DNA from: Selaginella moellendorffii
Taxonomy: Eukaryota > Plantae > Lycopodiophyta
Direction of reading: 5' to 3'
NCBI RefSeq assembly: GCF_000143415.4
Contig: NW_003314295.1
Span: 809,038 to 873,037, forward strand
DNA: 64,000 nucleotides
Shown: piece after piece, positions 40,001 to 51,800 of the stretch
Numbering within the stretch: position 1 is the stretch's first letter
Layout of the letters: each line of letters starts with the position of its first letter
Notes under the pieces: generated by a model
Told to the model about the DNA's origin: nothing
Seen by the model: the letters and a program-made list of their open reading frames with translations, nothing else
Databases searched by the model: none
Made by a program: the position numbers and the translations under genes

Positions 40001-43000
40001 CGAGTTGGCACCTCGAAGACTAAGACCTCGCAGATCGTTGGATTAGCAAAGTCTAAAATGCTAGATGACTCAAGTGGAGTCAGGGAATGGTCCTAAGGGA
40101 TTGGTTGAAGCATTTGGACTGAAGTGTATGGGCCCCATGAGGTATGAGGAGGATCATCAGATCCAAGTATGAGAACAGTAGGTATCTCATTGATGGTAGA
40201 ATATGCCATGCTAAAGTTGTGGGGAAAATGTTCCCAGAAGAAAGCAACTTTAGCCCAGAGTTGGGTGCAAACACTATGGTGCAGTGCTAACGGATAGTTA
40301 GTATGAGGAACAACTATATTGGTCTTGGCAAAGACCTAGACACTAATAAATAGTGTCATAAGGATAGGCTCGTGGGGCCAATGGTGTGGAGATACCAAAT
40401 GTGCCAAGGGGTGATACTTTGAGGTTATGTTGGTGAGTTCATAAGAACCCCTTGCCAAGGGAATCCTAACGGAAATGGGAATGATATAACCTAAGCTGGA
40501 AGGCATGTGGTAGAGTGTGGTGACCAAAAACAATGATGGAAGTGTGGAAGCACCAGCAATGAGTTGCAGGACTTGACAACTATGAGGCAACTAAGCAAAA
40601 AGTGCAAGATAATTGGTTAAACTGGTAGAAGGTAGCTACCCAAGACTTCTTAATGGCATAAAAAAGTTAGATATACCCTTATAGGGGATAAATTGCTTAG
40701 GTTGCAAAATAGTAAGTCGATGTCGTAAAAGGGAATGCTCATTGTCAAAAAGGCCATCATTTGGGACACCCAAACACTCTAGAACACTAGGAGGTGGTGT
40801 TTGAGGTCGCGAGGGCAATAGATAAGGCCCAAGGGACTAAGTCCCTAGTGAATGATAGATAGAAGATGCTATTCAAATGTCCAAGGTTGTGGAGACAGGA
40901 GAATACTGTCTACCCGAATTGGACAAAGCCAAAAATGGAATTTTGGCAAGGCTAGTGATGGGCATGTAAGGGCCCATAAGCAACAACGTTAATCCTGGTG
41001 TGTAGGATTATAAGGTGAGCATATCTGAACCACTTCCTAGGCTATTTAGTCGGTTCATCCCTAAGAATACTTGCTAAGGCATGATAGAAAGTGCAAAGCT
41101 ATCCTTTTAGTCTAGAGGAGAATGACCGAAGGAAAGGTGTGAAGCCAAAAGCAAGTAGTAAAAGGATAGAACCGAACCATAAGAATTGATAGGCATGACC
41201 AAGGGTGGCTATGCAAGTTGTAAGTGGAGAATCAAGTGGGCGCTCAAGCATGTTGTTACTAGCAACCAGGATGCCATGGAGAGTCAAAAACATGGGATTG
41301 TCCATGTTAGGCTATATGGTAATTGGAAAGCTTGCAAAAGGAAAGACCTTAGCAAGCTAAGGAACAAAGTTCCTTGAAAGTTCCCCTAGGTAGTTAAGTA
41401 CTTAGTCAACCAAGTGTAAATGGTTCATAGAACACGCAAAATCAGAGTAGCGTAGCAGAAGTGTGGTCTTGAAGCTTGCCATGAGGCAAAGCTATCAAGG
41501 TTGGGGAAGTAGTTCCTGAGTGTTCAAAGAGAGGGCTTTGAACGCAAGTCGATGGTTAAGGATTTTCACGTTTATGCATGAACCATGTTACAGTAGCCGA
41601 ATGACTTGCTAAGTGAAATTGGCAAGTTGGGGGAATGAATACCCTAGTTGAAGGAGCCAACTTCAAAGGGGTGGCCCATGGGGCCGAGCATAGAGGAGTC
41701 CATGCATGATCACAGACATATCAAGTGAGAGGACTTGGCAGTGCGGAGGAACTAGGTTCCTAAGCTGTGATCTGTAGCGCGCTTTAAATATAAGTTGGCG
41801 CACCGGCGTGGGGAGTCATACTAGGCATCTTGTGTGATGCTGTCCATAGATGCATATACGGAGGTTGGGTTTGAGTCCCGACCCTCTAGTGCTTGGGTTC
41901 GAATCCCAAATCACTAGGGTATGGTGATGGTTTGGAATATGAGAACACTCATATTTTGGTGGTCATGGACTCTCAGTGGGGAGACTGGTTTGGGCACACC
42001 GCTAAGCAAGGGATGCCTCGGAGTCGTGATGCACGGTTAGATTGCTTAGTGTGAAAGCTCGGCATATCTAACTTGAACTCTTTGGTGCAAGTGGCACCAA
42101 GGACGTGGTGAGTGAGATAGAGACACCTAATCTCAATTGCTATGGACCCTTGGCCGTAAGGGTTGGCTTGGGTGCACTGCTAAGTGTGGGGGATGCCCCC
42201 GGGTTATGGTCAACAACTTGAAGGTCTAGAAAACCAAGTACCTCTTGGCAACTCTGTTAAGGTGCTAAGGTTAGATCACTAGGTGATCTTATGGCTAAAT
42301 AAGGACAAGATCCTTGATTGGCTAAGGAATGAAGTTCCTGGTTAAAAATGTTGATTTGAACTATTGATGATAGTGTGGCTTGGTCAAGGTGACCAAGTGA
42401 GAAGGACACCTAAGGGAAATGAGATATGTCAATGCGATGGCATAGTGAGTCCGAGGAAAATAATCTATATAAGAGACCCATAAGAGGGTCACGAAGTTGG
42501 GCCATGGATAGAGCCCACAATAGAAGTGTAAGCCATAAATTTTTCCTTTCCAATTTGCCAGCTTACCTCGTCTATCCGTCCGACACTGCCTTGGCTTTTG
42601 CTAAGTTCCCTTGCCAAGGTTCTCGCCTATGGTACCAGCTCCTACTTGGTTTCAGCTACTCACTGCACGAGCAACGGAGTGTTAGCCATCCTTCCACGGA
42701 TTCCCAAATCACTCTCAATCCCCCTCCCCGGGTTAGACTGGACTTAAGGTTCGGCTACACTCCCCGCAAGCACAAGCAGCCAAGCACACCAAGCTTCCAG
42801 GTTCCTAACATCCCTTGGTACCACAAGACTTGATCATGGGACCCTCTAAATCCCAAGTCTTGAGTGCAACACTTGCTTCGGGACGCCGGGGTGAAACACC
42901 GTGGCCTAACGGCCCGGTATGGGTACCTCTCGCCCCCCACTTCCATCCCGAAGGAAGGCCCAAGCCCCTAGGAAGGGCGAGGACCAATGAGCCGCATGGT

Positions 43001-44078
43001 ACTCAAGTGGGGCACCACTCCACATGAGCCGGGAGCACCGCAATCGGTTTCCCTTTCGGGAGTGGGAGCTGCTCTTGAGCACTTCCTTGGATGGCCCCTC
43101 CGGCACCAGCCAAGTCCATGCTCACTCCCACCCAAGGCCCCTTAGTCCCAGTCCCAACCTCAAGTCGGTTTGGAAGCCCCACTGGAGAGTCCCTTCTAAA
43201 CTGGTTCCTGGACCTCACTATCCCTACTATACTTTTGGAACCCCCTGCAGCCCCCCCCCCCCTGGGGGACGCACGCTTTGGGCTTTCACCCCTTGACCCG
43301 TATTAGTATTTGGACTTAGTCTCTGGCTCGATCTCGGATCCGATTTCGGATCCGACTTCGGATTCGGTCTCGAACTCGATCGCGGACTCGATCTCGGACC
43401 CGATCTCGGGCCCGACCTCGGACTCGACTTCAGACTCGGTCTCGGACCCGATTTCGGATCTCGGACTCCGTCTCGAACTCGGTCTCGAACTCGGACTTGA
43501 ACTCGGTCCCCGAGTCGGTCTTGGACTCGATTCCGGACTCTATCTCGAACTCGGTCCTAGAGTCGGTCTTGGACTCGATCTTTGACTTGGTCCCATCCGA
43601 TGAACTCTTTGTCATTTTGGTCATGCTTTCGGGGTTCCCTTAGCCTACGACACCTCGGCGAGTTGGTTCTTTACAACTCCACCACCCATAGAAGAAGTTC
43701 GATGCCCACATCGAACGTCTCTTTTTTATCCTACGACTTGTTGACCATGTCTCCGGGGGCATCCCCCCACTTAGCGGTGTGCCTAAGTTAGCCTCCCCGG
43801 CCAAGAGCTCATGACAACGGAATATAGGTGTCCCTATACTCCTCCCCTCACCACGCCCTAGTATGGGGTCGGGACTTGATCCCAGCCTTGCTTTACTAGG
43901 GGGTTGGGACTCGAACCCAACCTCCGTAGAATACGTCTACGGTTTCGACATCCCCGCAGGGAGTCGGGCGTAGCTCCCTACGCCTGGTCGACCTAGCTAA
44001 CCCATGCTAATTAGCTTACCTTCGGCGCGCCTTCGGGTCCCAACATATGCCATTGCTCAACTTCTCAAATTGATACTT

Positions 44079-47000
44079 TTAATTGAACTTTGCATAAGTA
44101 CATAGAGTTCTGCCATGCAGAAATTCCTCCACTAGATCTCGCGTGTTCGCTAGGTTCTCCTCCGGTTCCCATGTTGCTTCGCAGTGTGGAAATCCTTTCC
44201 ACTTCACATGGAACTCTCTCACCTCGCGTCCGTGTCGCTTGCTTTTGCGCGCATTGAGGATGGCCTCGACTTCGTATTCCTCCTCCCCTTGGATAACCTC
44301 AGGTAAAGGTCTTACTTGGTCCTTGCGAAGCGGATCCTCAAAATACGGCTTGAGTAAGTTCACGTGGAACACGGGATGTATCTTCCCCATCTCTCGAGGA
44401 AGTCGGAGACGGTAAGCCACTTTACCGATTCGAGCCTCAATCTCGTAAGGCCCCGCGAACCTGCTTAAGGAACTCAAGATCAATTCATTTACAGGAACAC
44501 ATGCATTTTTACCTTTGGGTCAACTTCCGGCTGATCCCACTTGGTAGCCTGAGGTTCTTGGTGTTCAGCCACACCTTCTCCCCAGCTTGGAACTCCACAT
44601 CTCGACGCTTTTGGTTCGCGTACTTAGTTTGCTTTTGTTGAGCCCGTTCCAAGGAATCCCTCACTAGATTCCAAATGTTGAGTCTTTCCGCCGTGAATGC
44701 CTCCACTGCGGGTAACTCTCCATGATACTCGGCCACGCCGAGTTCCACAGGACCTTCAATAGCTCGCCCATTGATGACTTCCCATGGACTCACCCCGATG
44801 CTCGAATGTGGTGAGTTGTTATAACACATTTCCGCAAGTCCCAAATGACTTACCCAGTCGGTCTGGTCTCCCGAGACATAGCATCGCAAATAATCCTCCA
44901 GCTGCCTATTCACCCTTTCCGTTTGTCCGTCTGTCAAGAAGTGTTAGTGCCATCAATCTTGACTCAATACCCATTACCTGTCTGTGGGTGATAGGCCGTG
45001 CTGAATTTCAACTTGGTGCGATACTGTTCTAGGAGCGTCCTCCAGAACCTACTGGTGAAGATCTTATCTCGATCTAAGATAATCTCTTCCGGCCTTCCCC
45101 GCACTCGGACCACTTGTTCAAAGAACAGCTTTGCCACACCTTCCGCATCCACATCCGTTGTGGTGGGTATGAAATGTGCCATCTTTGAAAATCGGTCCAC
45201 CACCACGAATATCGCATCGAACCCCTCGCTTGGGGGTAGTCCCGTGATGAAGTCCATCGTGAGACATTTCCACGGACGATCTGGAATGGGGATGCTTTGC
45301 AACAAGCCCCCACTAGCCTTCGTCACGGCTTTGACCTGCTGACATGTTGGACATGTCTTTACATAGTCTTGGACGTCCTTAGCCATATCTGGCCAGTGAT
45401 ACTTCCTTTTGAGTAAGCCCATCGTCTTGGGCACTCCGCCGTGTCCCGCGAAAGGTCCGTCATGACACTCTTCCAAGGCTACCTTCCTTAGTTCCCCTTC
45501 TGGAACATACACCCTCGTTTGCTTGTAATATATGAGTCCGTTGCGTTCCGCATAGCCCGTTTTCTCTTCCGTTGGCAGCTCACCTCTCTGGTGAGCTTCC
45601 CGTGCCTCCAGATTCCTCAGCAACACTTCTTGTGCTAGACCATCACTCTCGTATGCGGTCCGCACCTCGTCCCAAAAGGTTGCTGTCGCGCTAGATATCG
45701 CCAACTTCAAGCTCGCTTTTCGACTTAGCGCATCTGCCACGATGTTGCTCTTCCCAGGCTTGTACAGGATCTCGCAATCAAACTCGGCCAAAGCATTGGC
45801 CCACCGACCTTGTTTTCCCCTTAGGTCGGGCTGTGACAAGAAGTGTTTCGTTGCCACATTATCCGTGTAAACCTTGAAGTGTCTCCCAAGGTAGTGTCGC
45901 CACTCCTTGAGCGCCTTGACCACCGCAAACAATTCCTTCTCGTGGGCAGGCCACTTCCGTTGAGCCTTGTCCAGCTTCTTCGAGAAGAATGCTACTGGAT
46001 GGTTGTCTTGCTTCAAAACTGCGCCCAACGCAAAGTCCGAAGCATCCGTGTCTACCTCAAAGTCCTTACCAAAGTCTGGTAATGCCAACACCGGAGCCTT
46101 CCTCAACTTCCCTTTGAGGTGGATGAATGCCGCCTCGCATTCCGCTGTCCATACCATCTTCCCTTTTCCTGTTTGGTCCGTTAAGGGCAGGGCTACTCTC
46201 GAATAGTGTCTGATAAACTTTCGATAGTAGTTGCATAGCCCCAGGAACGCCCTCAACTCATGTACATTCGATGGTCGTTCCCATTCCTGGATCGCTTGGA
46301 CCTTCTCCGGGTCCACCTTGAGCCCGTCTTGGCCCACCACATGCCCGAGAAACTTTACCTCTTGTTGAGCAAAGTCACATTTGCTCTCTTTAGCATACAG
46401 TTTGTGTTCCTTTAGTTTCTCAAACACCTTCGCCAAGTGTTCGGCATGCTCCTCTAGCGTCTCGCTATAGATCAGGATGTCGTCAATATAGACGACCACG
46501 AAGCGATCCAGATAGGGTACAAAGATGTGGTTCATCAACGCCGAAAACGTTGCCGGCGCATTGCACAGCCCAAAGGGCATCACCAAAAACTCAAAGCTCC
46601 CATACCTCGTTCGACAGGTTGTCTTCTCGACATCTTCCTCAGCTACCCTGATCTGGTAGTATCCTGACCTTAGGTCAATCCTCGAGAAGTATTTTGCCTT
46701 TCCCAACCTATCGAACAGGTCCTCGATCCTTGGCAAAGGGTACTTGTTCTTCTTGGTATACTTGTTGAGCAACCGGTAGTCTATGCACATGCGCATAGAT
46801 CCATCTTTCTTTTTCACAAATAGCACCGGCGCCCCATACGGCGACTTGCTCAACCTAACATACCCTTTGTCCACCAACTCCTCTAGTTGGCTCTTGAGCT
46901 CCTTGAGTTCTTTTTCGTTCAATCGATAGGGTGGACGAACCACCGCCTCAGCACCCTCGACCAGCTCAATCTTATGTTCTATCGGTCGTGCGGGGGGCAA

Positions 47001-48851
47001 CCCCACCGGTAGCTCCTCCGGCATCGTATCCTGGAATTGGTCCAGCACCTGCTGGATCACTAAAGGTACTTCTTCCGTTCTTGTCTTTTTGTCACTCTTC
47101 ACCGCGAGTAAGCACAAAAAGGCTACCTTAGTTCCTTTAGTGAGTTGTCCTCTCGTGGACACCAGGTTTAAGCATGACTCTTTGGCCTTGCTTTGCCCTA
47201 CCTTTAGATCCTGGGCCTCCACCCTAGATCTTCTTCCTTGGGCATTCGCCAATACCACAAGGTTCCTACCTTGTCCATGCAGGGCTACCACGAACCGATT
47301 AAACCAATCCATTCCGAAGATCACGTCAAATCCCGCCATGTCCAAGACGGTGAAATCCATGTCCACTTTCCATGTCCCCACTTCGACTCTCGCTTGTCGA
47401 AGTACCTCATCGGTGCTTTGGCTACCTTGAACAAACTCTATAGTCCTTGGTTCGCCTAGCCGCTGCACCGTTAGTCCGGCTTGCCGGACTATGTCTGCAG
47501 CCACAAAATTATCCGAAGCACCCGTGTCAATAAGGATCTTAACAAAGCTACCTCCGAGCTTCCCTCGGAGGGCTAGTAGATGTCGCGAACGACTCTCTAC
47601 CAAAGTTGCTCGTGTAATGAGTAACTTTGAGTTAGGGACTGGATCACATACCTCAGTTTGGACTTCACCCGACTTGATGGCCATATTGGCTCTGGCCTTC
47701 TTCGGGTAGGGACATTCCCTCGAGAAGTGTCCCGCTTCGCCGCAGTTGTAGCATACGTTGTTTCCCACGCTGCTATACGACTTGACCTTCTTATCTGTGG
47801 GTTTGTCTTTTTTCGCTTGACTCCCCCACGTACTCGCTCGCTGGCCACCGGATTTGCCTTTCCGGAACCCCGAGGACTCATTCTTAGAGAAACTCTTTTT
47901 GAATTTCCCCTTGCTATACGTTCCCCTCGGTTTGGCCCCTTTGTGAAACGTGGATCCCGACCCCGTCGTGTTCCCCTTTCGCAGGTTATCGTTGAAATGC
48001 ACCTTGATGGCCGCATCCAACGCTTCCTTGTAGTTGGTCGGGTTCCAGCGCATCACCTCACCGCGAGCCCAGGTTTGCAAACCTGATATAAAGGCATGGA
48101 ACGCATCCATATCCCCCATGTCCGTGACAAGTATCCTCTTTGCCATGAACCCATTCACATATTCCTGGATGGTTCCAGTCTGCTTCAGCCTACTCAACTC
48201 ATCTCTCAGATGCAGAGTGGCATTTGGAGGAACGTATGTCGCGCGGATCCTCACCTTCATCATGTCCCAGGTGGCCACCGGTCCTTCGTTGGCCTCCGTT
48301 GTTCTCCACCAAGACTTGGCATTATCTGCCAAGTATGGTTTTGCACATGGGACCTTCTCCGAGCTCGGTAACCGCAACGCTCGGAAGTAGTCCTCCATAT
48401 CGTAAAACCAATCCTCCACAACCTTATAGTCGTTCACTCCCTTGAACACCGGTGGGGGCTTTGGTTTGTACTTGGGAACTGCCTGAGGGACTGATTCCAC
48501 TTCGGTCTGTTCGACCTTGTCTGGTTTTGCCTCAGTCCCTGCCGAAGGGTCCGCACCTTCTGCACTGCCAGCATCCGCAGTCTTTCGCTTTTTCCTCCGC
48601 TTCTCGTCACGCTTTAACTTGCGTACGAGAGTCTCCAGCAGGGCATTGGTCTGTGCCAACTGTCCTTCTAGCACGTCCAATCGAGCCTTGGACGACCGAA
48701 CCTCGCCACCGGACTCCTGTTTGGAAGTTTCCTCACTGGAGTCCTCCTCATGCAAGGATTCCTCATCCATAGCCTCTTGTTCAACCGGAGGCTCCAGCTC
48801 CGGCGGAGGTTCCGTCTCCGCCTGGGTTCGCTTACGCCCTGCCCTTGCCAT
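44079..48851 (-). CDS. Gag-Pol polyprotein (Gag, CCHC knuckle, PR, RT, RNase H, integrase, chromodomain); 3 exons 48851-44978, 44930-44513, 44460-44079; 1557 aa spliced
   Basis: Motifs [51 protein letters not shown]. Splicing restores HPQT|DGQTERVN and KLTQ|RFAGPY; chromodomain [28 protein letters not shown]. Confidence 0.9.
44461..44512 (-). other. Spliceosomal intron 2 within integrase (52 nt, phase 2)
   Basis: AAAG|GTAAAAATG...TTCCTTAAGCAG|GT: AT-rich, in-frame TAA, and removal restores the frame. Confidence 0.85.
44931..44977 (-). other. Spliceosomal intron 1 within integrase (47 nt, phase 1)
   Basis: ACAG|GTAATGGG...CACTAACACTTCTTGACAG|AC: GT donor, CTAAC branch point, CAG acceptor, in-frame TGA. 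Confidence 0.85.
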
Positions 48852-51800
48852 CTCCCAGCAATCCACCTCTATCCTTCGCTAGAACTGAGATAAAGGCTCC
48901 GATACCAAATTGTAAGCCACAAATTTTTCCTTTCCAATTTGCCAGCTTACCTCGTCTATCCGTCCGACACTGCCTTGGCTTTTGCTAAGTTCCCTTGCCA
49001 AGGTTCTCGCCTATGGTACCAGCTCCTACTTGGTTTCAGCTACTCACTGCACGAGCAACGGAGTGTTAGCCATCCTTCCACGGATTCCCAAATCACTCTC
49101 AATCCCCCTCCCCGGGTTAGACTGGACTTAAGGTTCGGCTACACTCCCCGCAAGCACAAGCAGCCAAGCACACCAAGCTTCCAGGTTCCTAACATCCCTT
49201 GGTACCACAAGACTTGATCATGGGACCCTCTAAATCCCAAGTCTTGAGTGCAACACTTGCTTCGGGACGCCGGGGCGAAACACCGTGGCCTAACGGCCCG
49301 GTATGGGTACCTCTCGCCCCCCACTTCCATCCCGAAGGAAGGCCCAAGCCCCTAGGAAGGGCGAGGACCAATGAGCCGCATGGTACTCAAGTGGGGCACC
49401 ACTCCACATGAGCCGGGAGCACCGCAATCGGTTTCCCTTTCGGGAGTGGGAGCTGCTCTTGAGCACTTCCTTGGATGGCCCCTCCGGCACCAGCCAAGTC
49501 CATGCTCACTCCCACCCAAGGCCCCTTAGTCCCAGTCCCAACCTCAAGTCGGTTTGGAAGCCCCACTGGAGAGTCCCTTCTAAACTGGTTCCTGCACCTC
49601 ACTATCCCTACTATACTTTTGGAACCCCCTGCAGCCCCCCCCCCCTGGGGGACGCACGCTTTGGGCTTTCACCCCTTGACCCGTATTAGTATTTGGACTT
49701 AGTCTCTGGCTCGATCTCGGATCCGATTTCGGATCCGACTTCGGATTCGGTCTCGGACTCGATCGCGGACTCGATCTCGGACCCGATCTCGGGCCCGACC
49801 TCGGACTCGACTTCGGACTCGGTCTCGGACCCGATTTCGGATCTCGGACTCCGTCTCGAACTCGGTCTCGAACTCGGACTCGAACTCGGTCCCCGAGTCG
49901 GTCTTGGACTCGATTCCGGACTCTATCTCGAACTCGGTCCTAGAGTCGGTCTTGGACTCGATCTTTGACTTGGTCCCATCCGATGAACTCTTTGTCATTT
50001 TGGTCATGCTTTCGGGGTTCCCTTAGCCTACGACACCTCGGCGAGTTGGTTCCTTACAAGAAGATGCTAAAGAGACGTACTAGGGGTGAACATCCTCCGG
50101 ACTTGGCAAAGAAGAGTCTTTGCTATGGAACCGAAGGGATACCTCAAAAATGGAGGTAGCAATCTTATGTTGCTAGGTGCAACAATCAAGGATAGGAGCA
50201 AAAGACTGTGGCTAAGTAAAAAGCCATGGGAATCATGGGAAAGAATCCAAATGGCAAAGTTAAGCCAAAAACACTAAGGTGTTGGGTGCTAACGGATTGT
50301 CGGAAAGGTAATGTGTTCCCAAGGATGGATTCCCAATTGCTCCAATTTGGTGAAAGCGGAAGCTCCAAGGGTGGGAGCAGTAAGGTAGCTAAATGATAGG
50401 GCTGTGGACAGCCCTAGCACAAAATATGATGATTGGAACTTAGTGCCAAAGGTGGCATGAAATCGAACAAAGGATGATGGTGCCCTCAAGTAGAGAACTT
50501 CCTAGGATGAGGAAGTGGAGTTGCATAATCTGTGCAATACGAGGTGTCGGAGACATCCAGGAAATTGACTTCGAGAAGTCAGAATTAAAAGTTCCAAAGT
50601 GCAAGGGTTATATCGATGGAAAGTGAGACCACTCGAGAACGAGTAGTGGGATCGAGTTAGAGAAGGTGTCTCTAACAGGTTTAGTGAGAACTAAACCAAT
50701 AAAAGGAGAGAACCACCACAAGTGGTCAAATGAGCCTCTAAGTTGGAGAAGCTATGCTCCTTAGAGGATGGACAAAGCATGGTGAGCCTTTAGTGTCAAA
50801 CCATAGACAAATATTGGCTAGGTGCCAAGGATGGAAATGGTAACACGTGTGGGTGTTACTTTATGAAAGGGTTTATCGTTTGATGAGGACATCGACCTTC
50901 GTCTATGGGTGGTGGAGTTGTGAGACACAAAATCCCTAGGCCCCAAAGTGGAGCCGAAAGGGTGCTATGTGGTAGTGGCCGAAGCTAAAGCCAAACGAGT
51001 GTAACACGTTTGGACTAAAAGCTCTGACTTGAAAAGGTCGAGAGTGGGAGTGGAACTCCTAACGAAGTGCTTAAGGAACGAGCACGAAGCAAGCAATAAA
51101 CGAGGCTCCAAAAAGGGACCCAAAAGGACCAACACATGACACGTGGAAGTGTCCGAGATAGACCCGAGTTGGGGTCCGAAGTGGAGTCTGAGATGGACTC
51201 GAGATGGAGTCCGAGATGGACCCAAGATGGAGTCCGAGATGGAGTCCGAGATGGACCCGAGATGAAGTCCGAAGTCGAGACCGAGACCAGGACCGAGACC
51301 GGGACCAAGACCGAGATCGAGACCGAGATCGGGACCGAGACCGAGACCGAGGCCGAGACCGAGACCGAGCTTGAGTCTGAGTTCGAGTCCGAATCCGAGT
51401 CCGAGTCCGAGTCCGAGCTCGAGTCTGAGAGGGTGAAAGCCCAAAGTGTTCATCTCCTAGACCCTAGGGGGTTTGGTGAGCTCCAAAAGTATACTGAGGG
51501 GGAGGACTGTAGTGGAGCCAGTTTGGCCAGGAAAGGCCAGTTTGGCCCAGGAAGGCCAGACCCAGTGTTGGGTGATGAACTGCCCATTGGGAAGTCCAAG
51601 ACTAAAGTGAACACGGACCAACAAGTGGGGTAGCTTGGTGAAGTGTTCAAGAGCCGGCTCTAGTTCCCCCGGCCGATGCTCCCAGTCCAAGTGTGGGTGG
51701 CACTACCTACTTGGATACCTGTCGTGGCTCAACGGAACCTCGCTCTAAGCCCATGGCTAGAGCACCTAAAGGCGAAAGGCGGGGAGAGTACCCATGAGGC

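Larger units (their letters stand above)
42527..50058 (-). mobile_element. Full-length young Ty3/gypsy chromovirus (element B), nested in element A
   Basis: LTRs 48911-50058 (5') and 42527-43675 (3'), differing by about 7 substitutions and 1 indel by eye. TSD AGAAG, PBS (rc TGGTATCGGAGC) 48896-48907, PPT 43676-43687. Confidence 0.96.

Noticed and set aside
44461-44977. Integrase breaks read as ordinary frameshift decay or programmed frameshifting
   Set aside because: Both breaks are extra 47/52-nt segments with GT-AG ends whose removal restores conserved motifs exactly; the rest of the 4.7-kb frame has no lesion.
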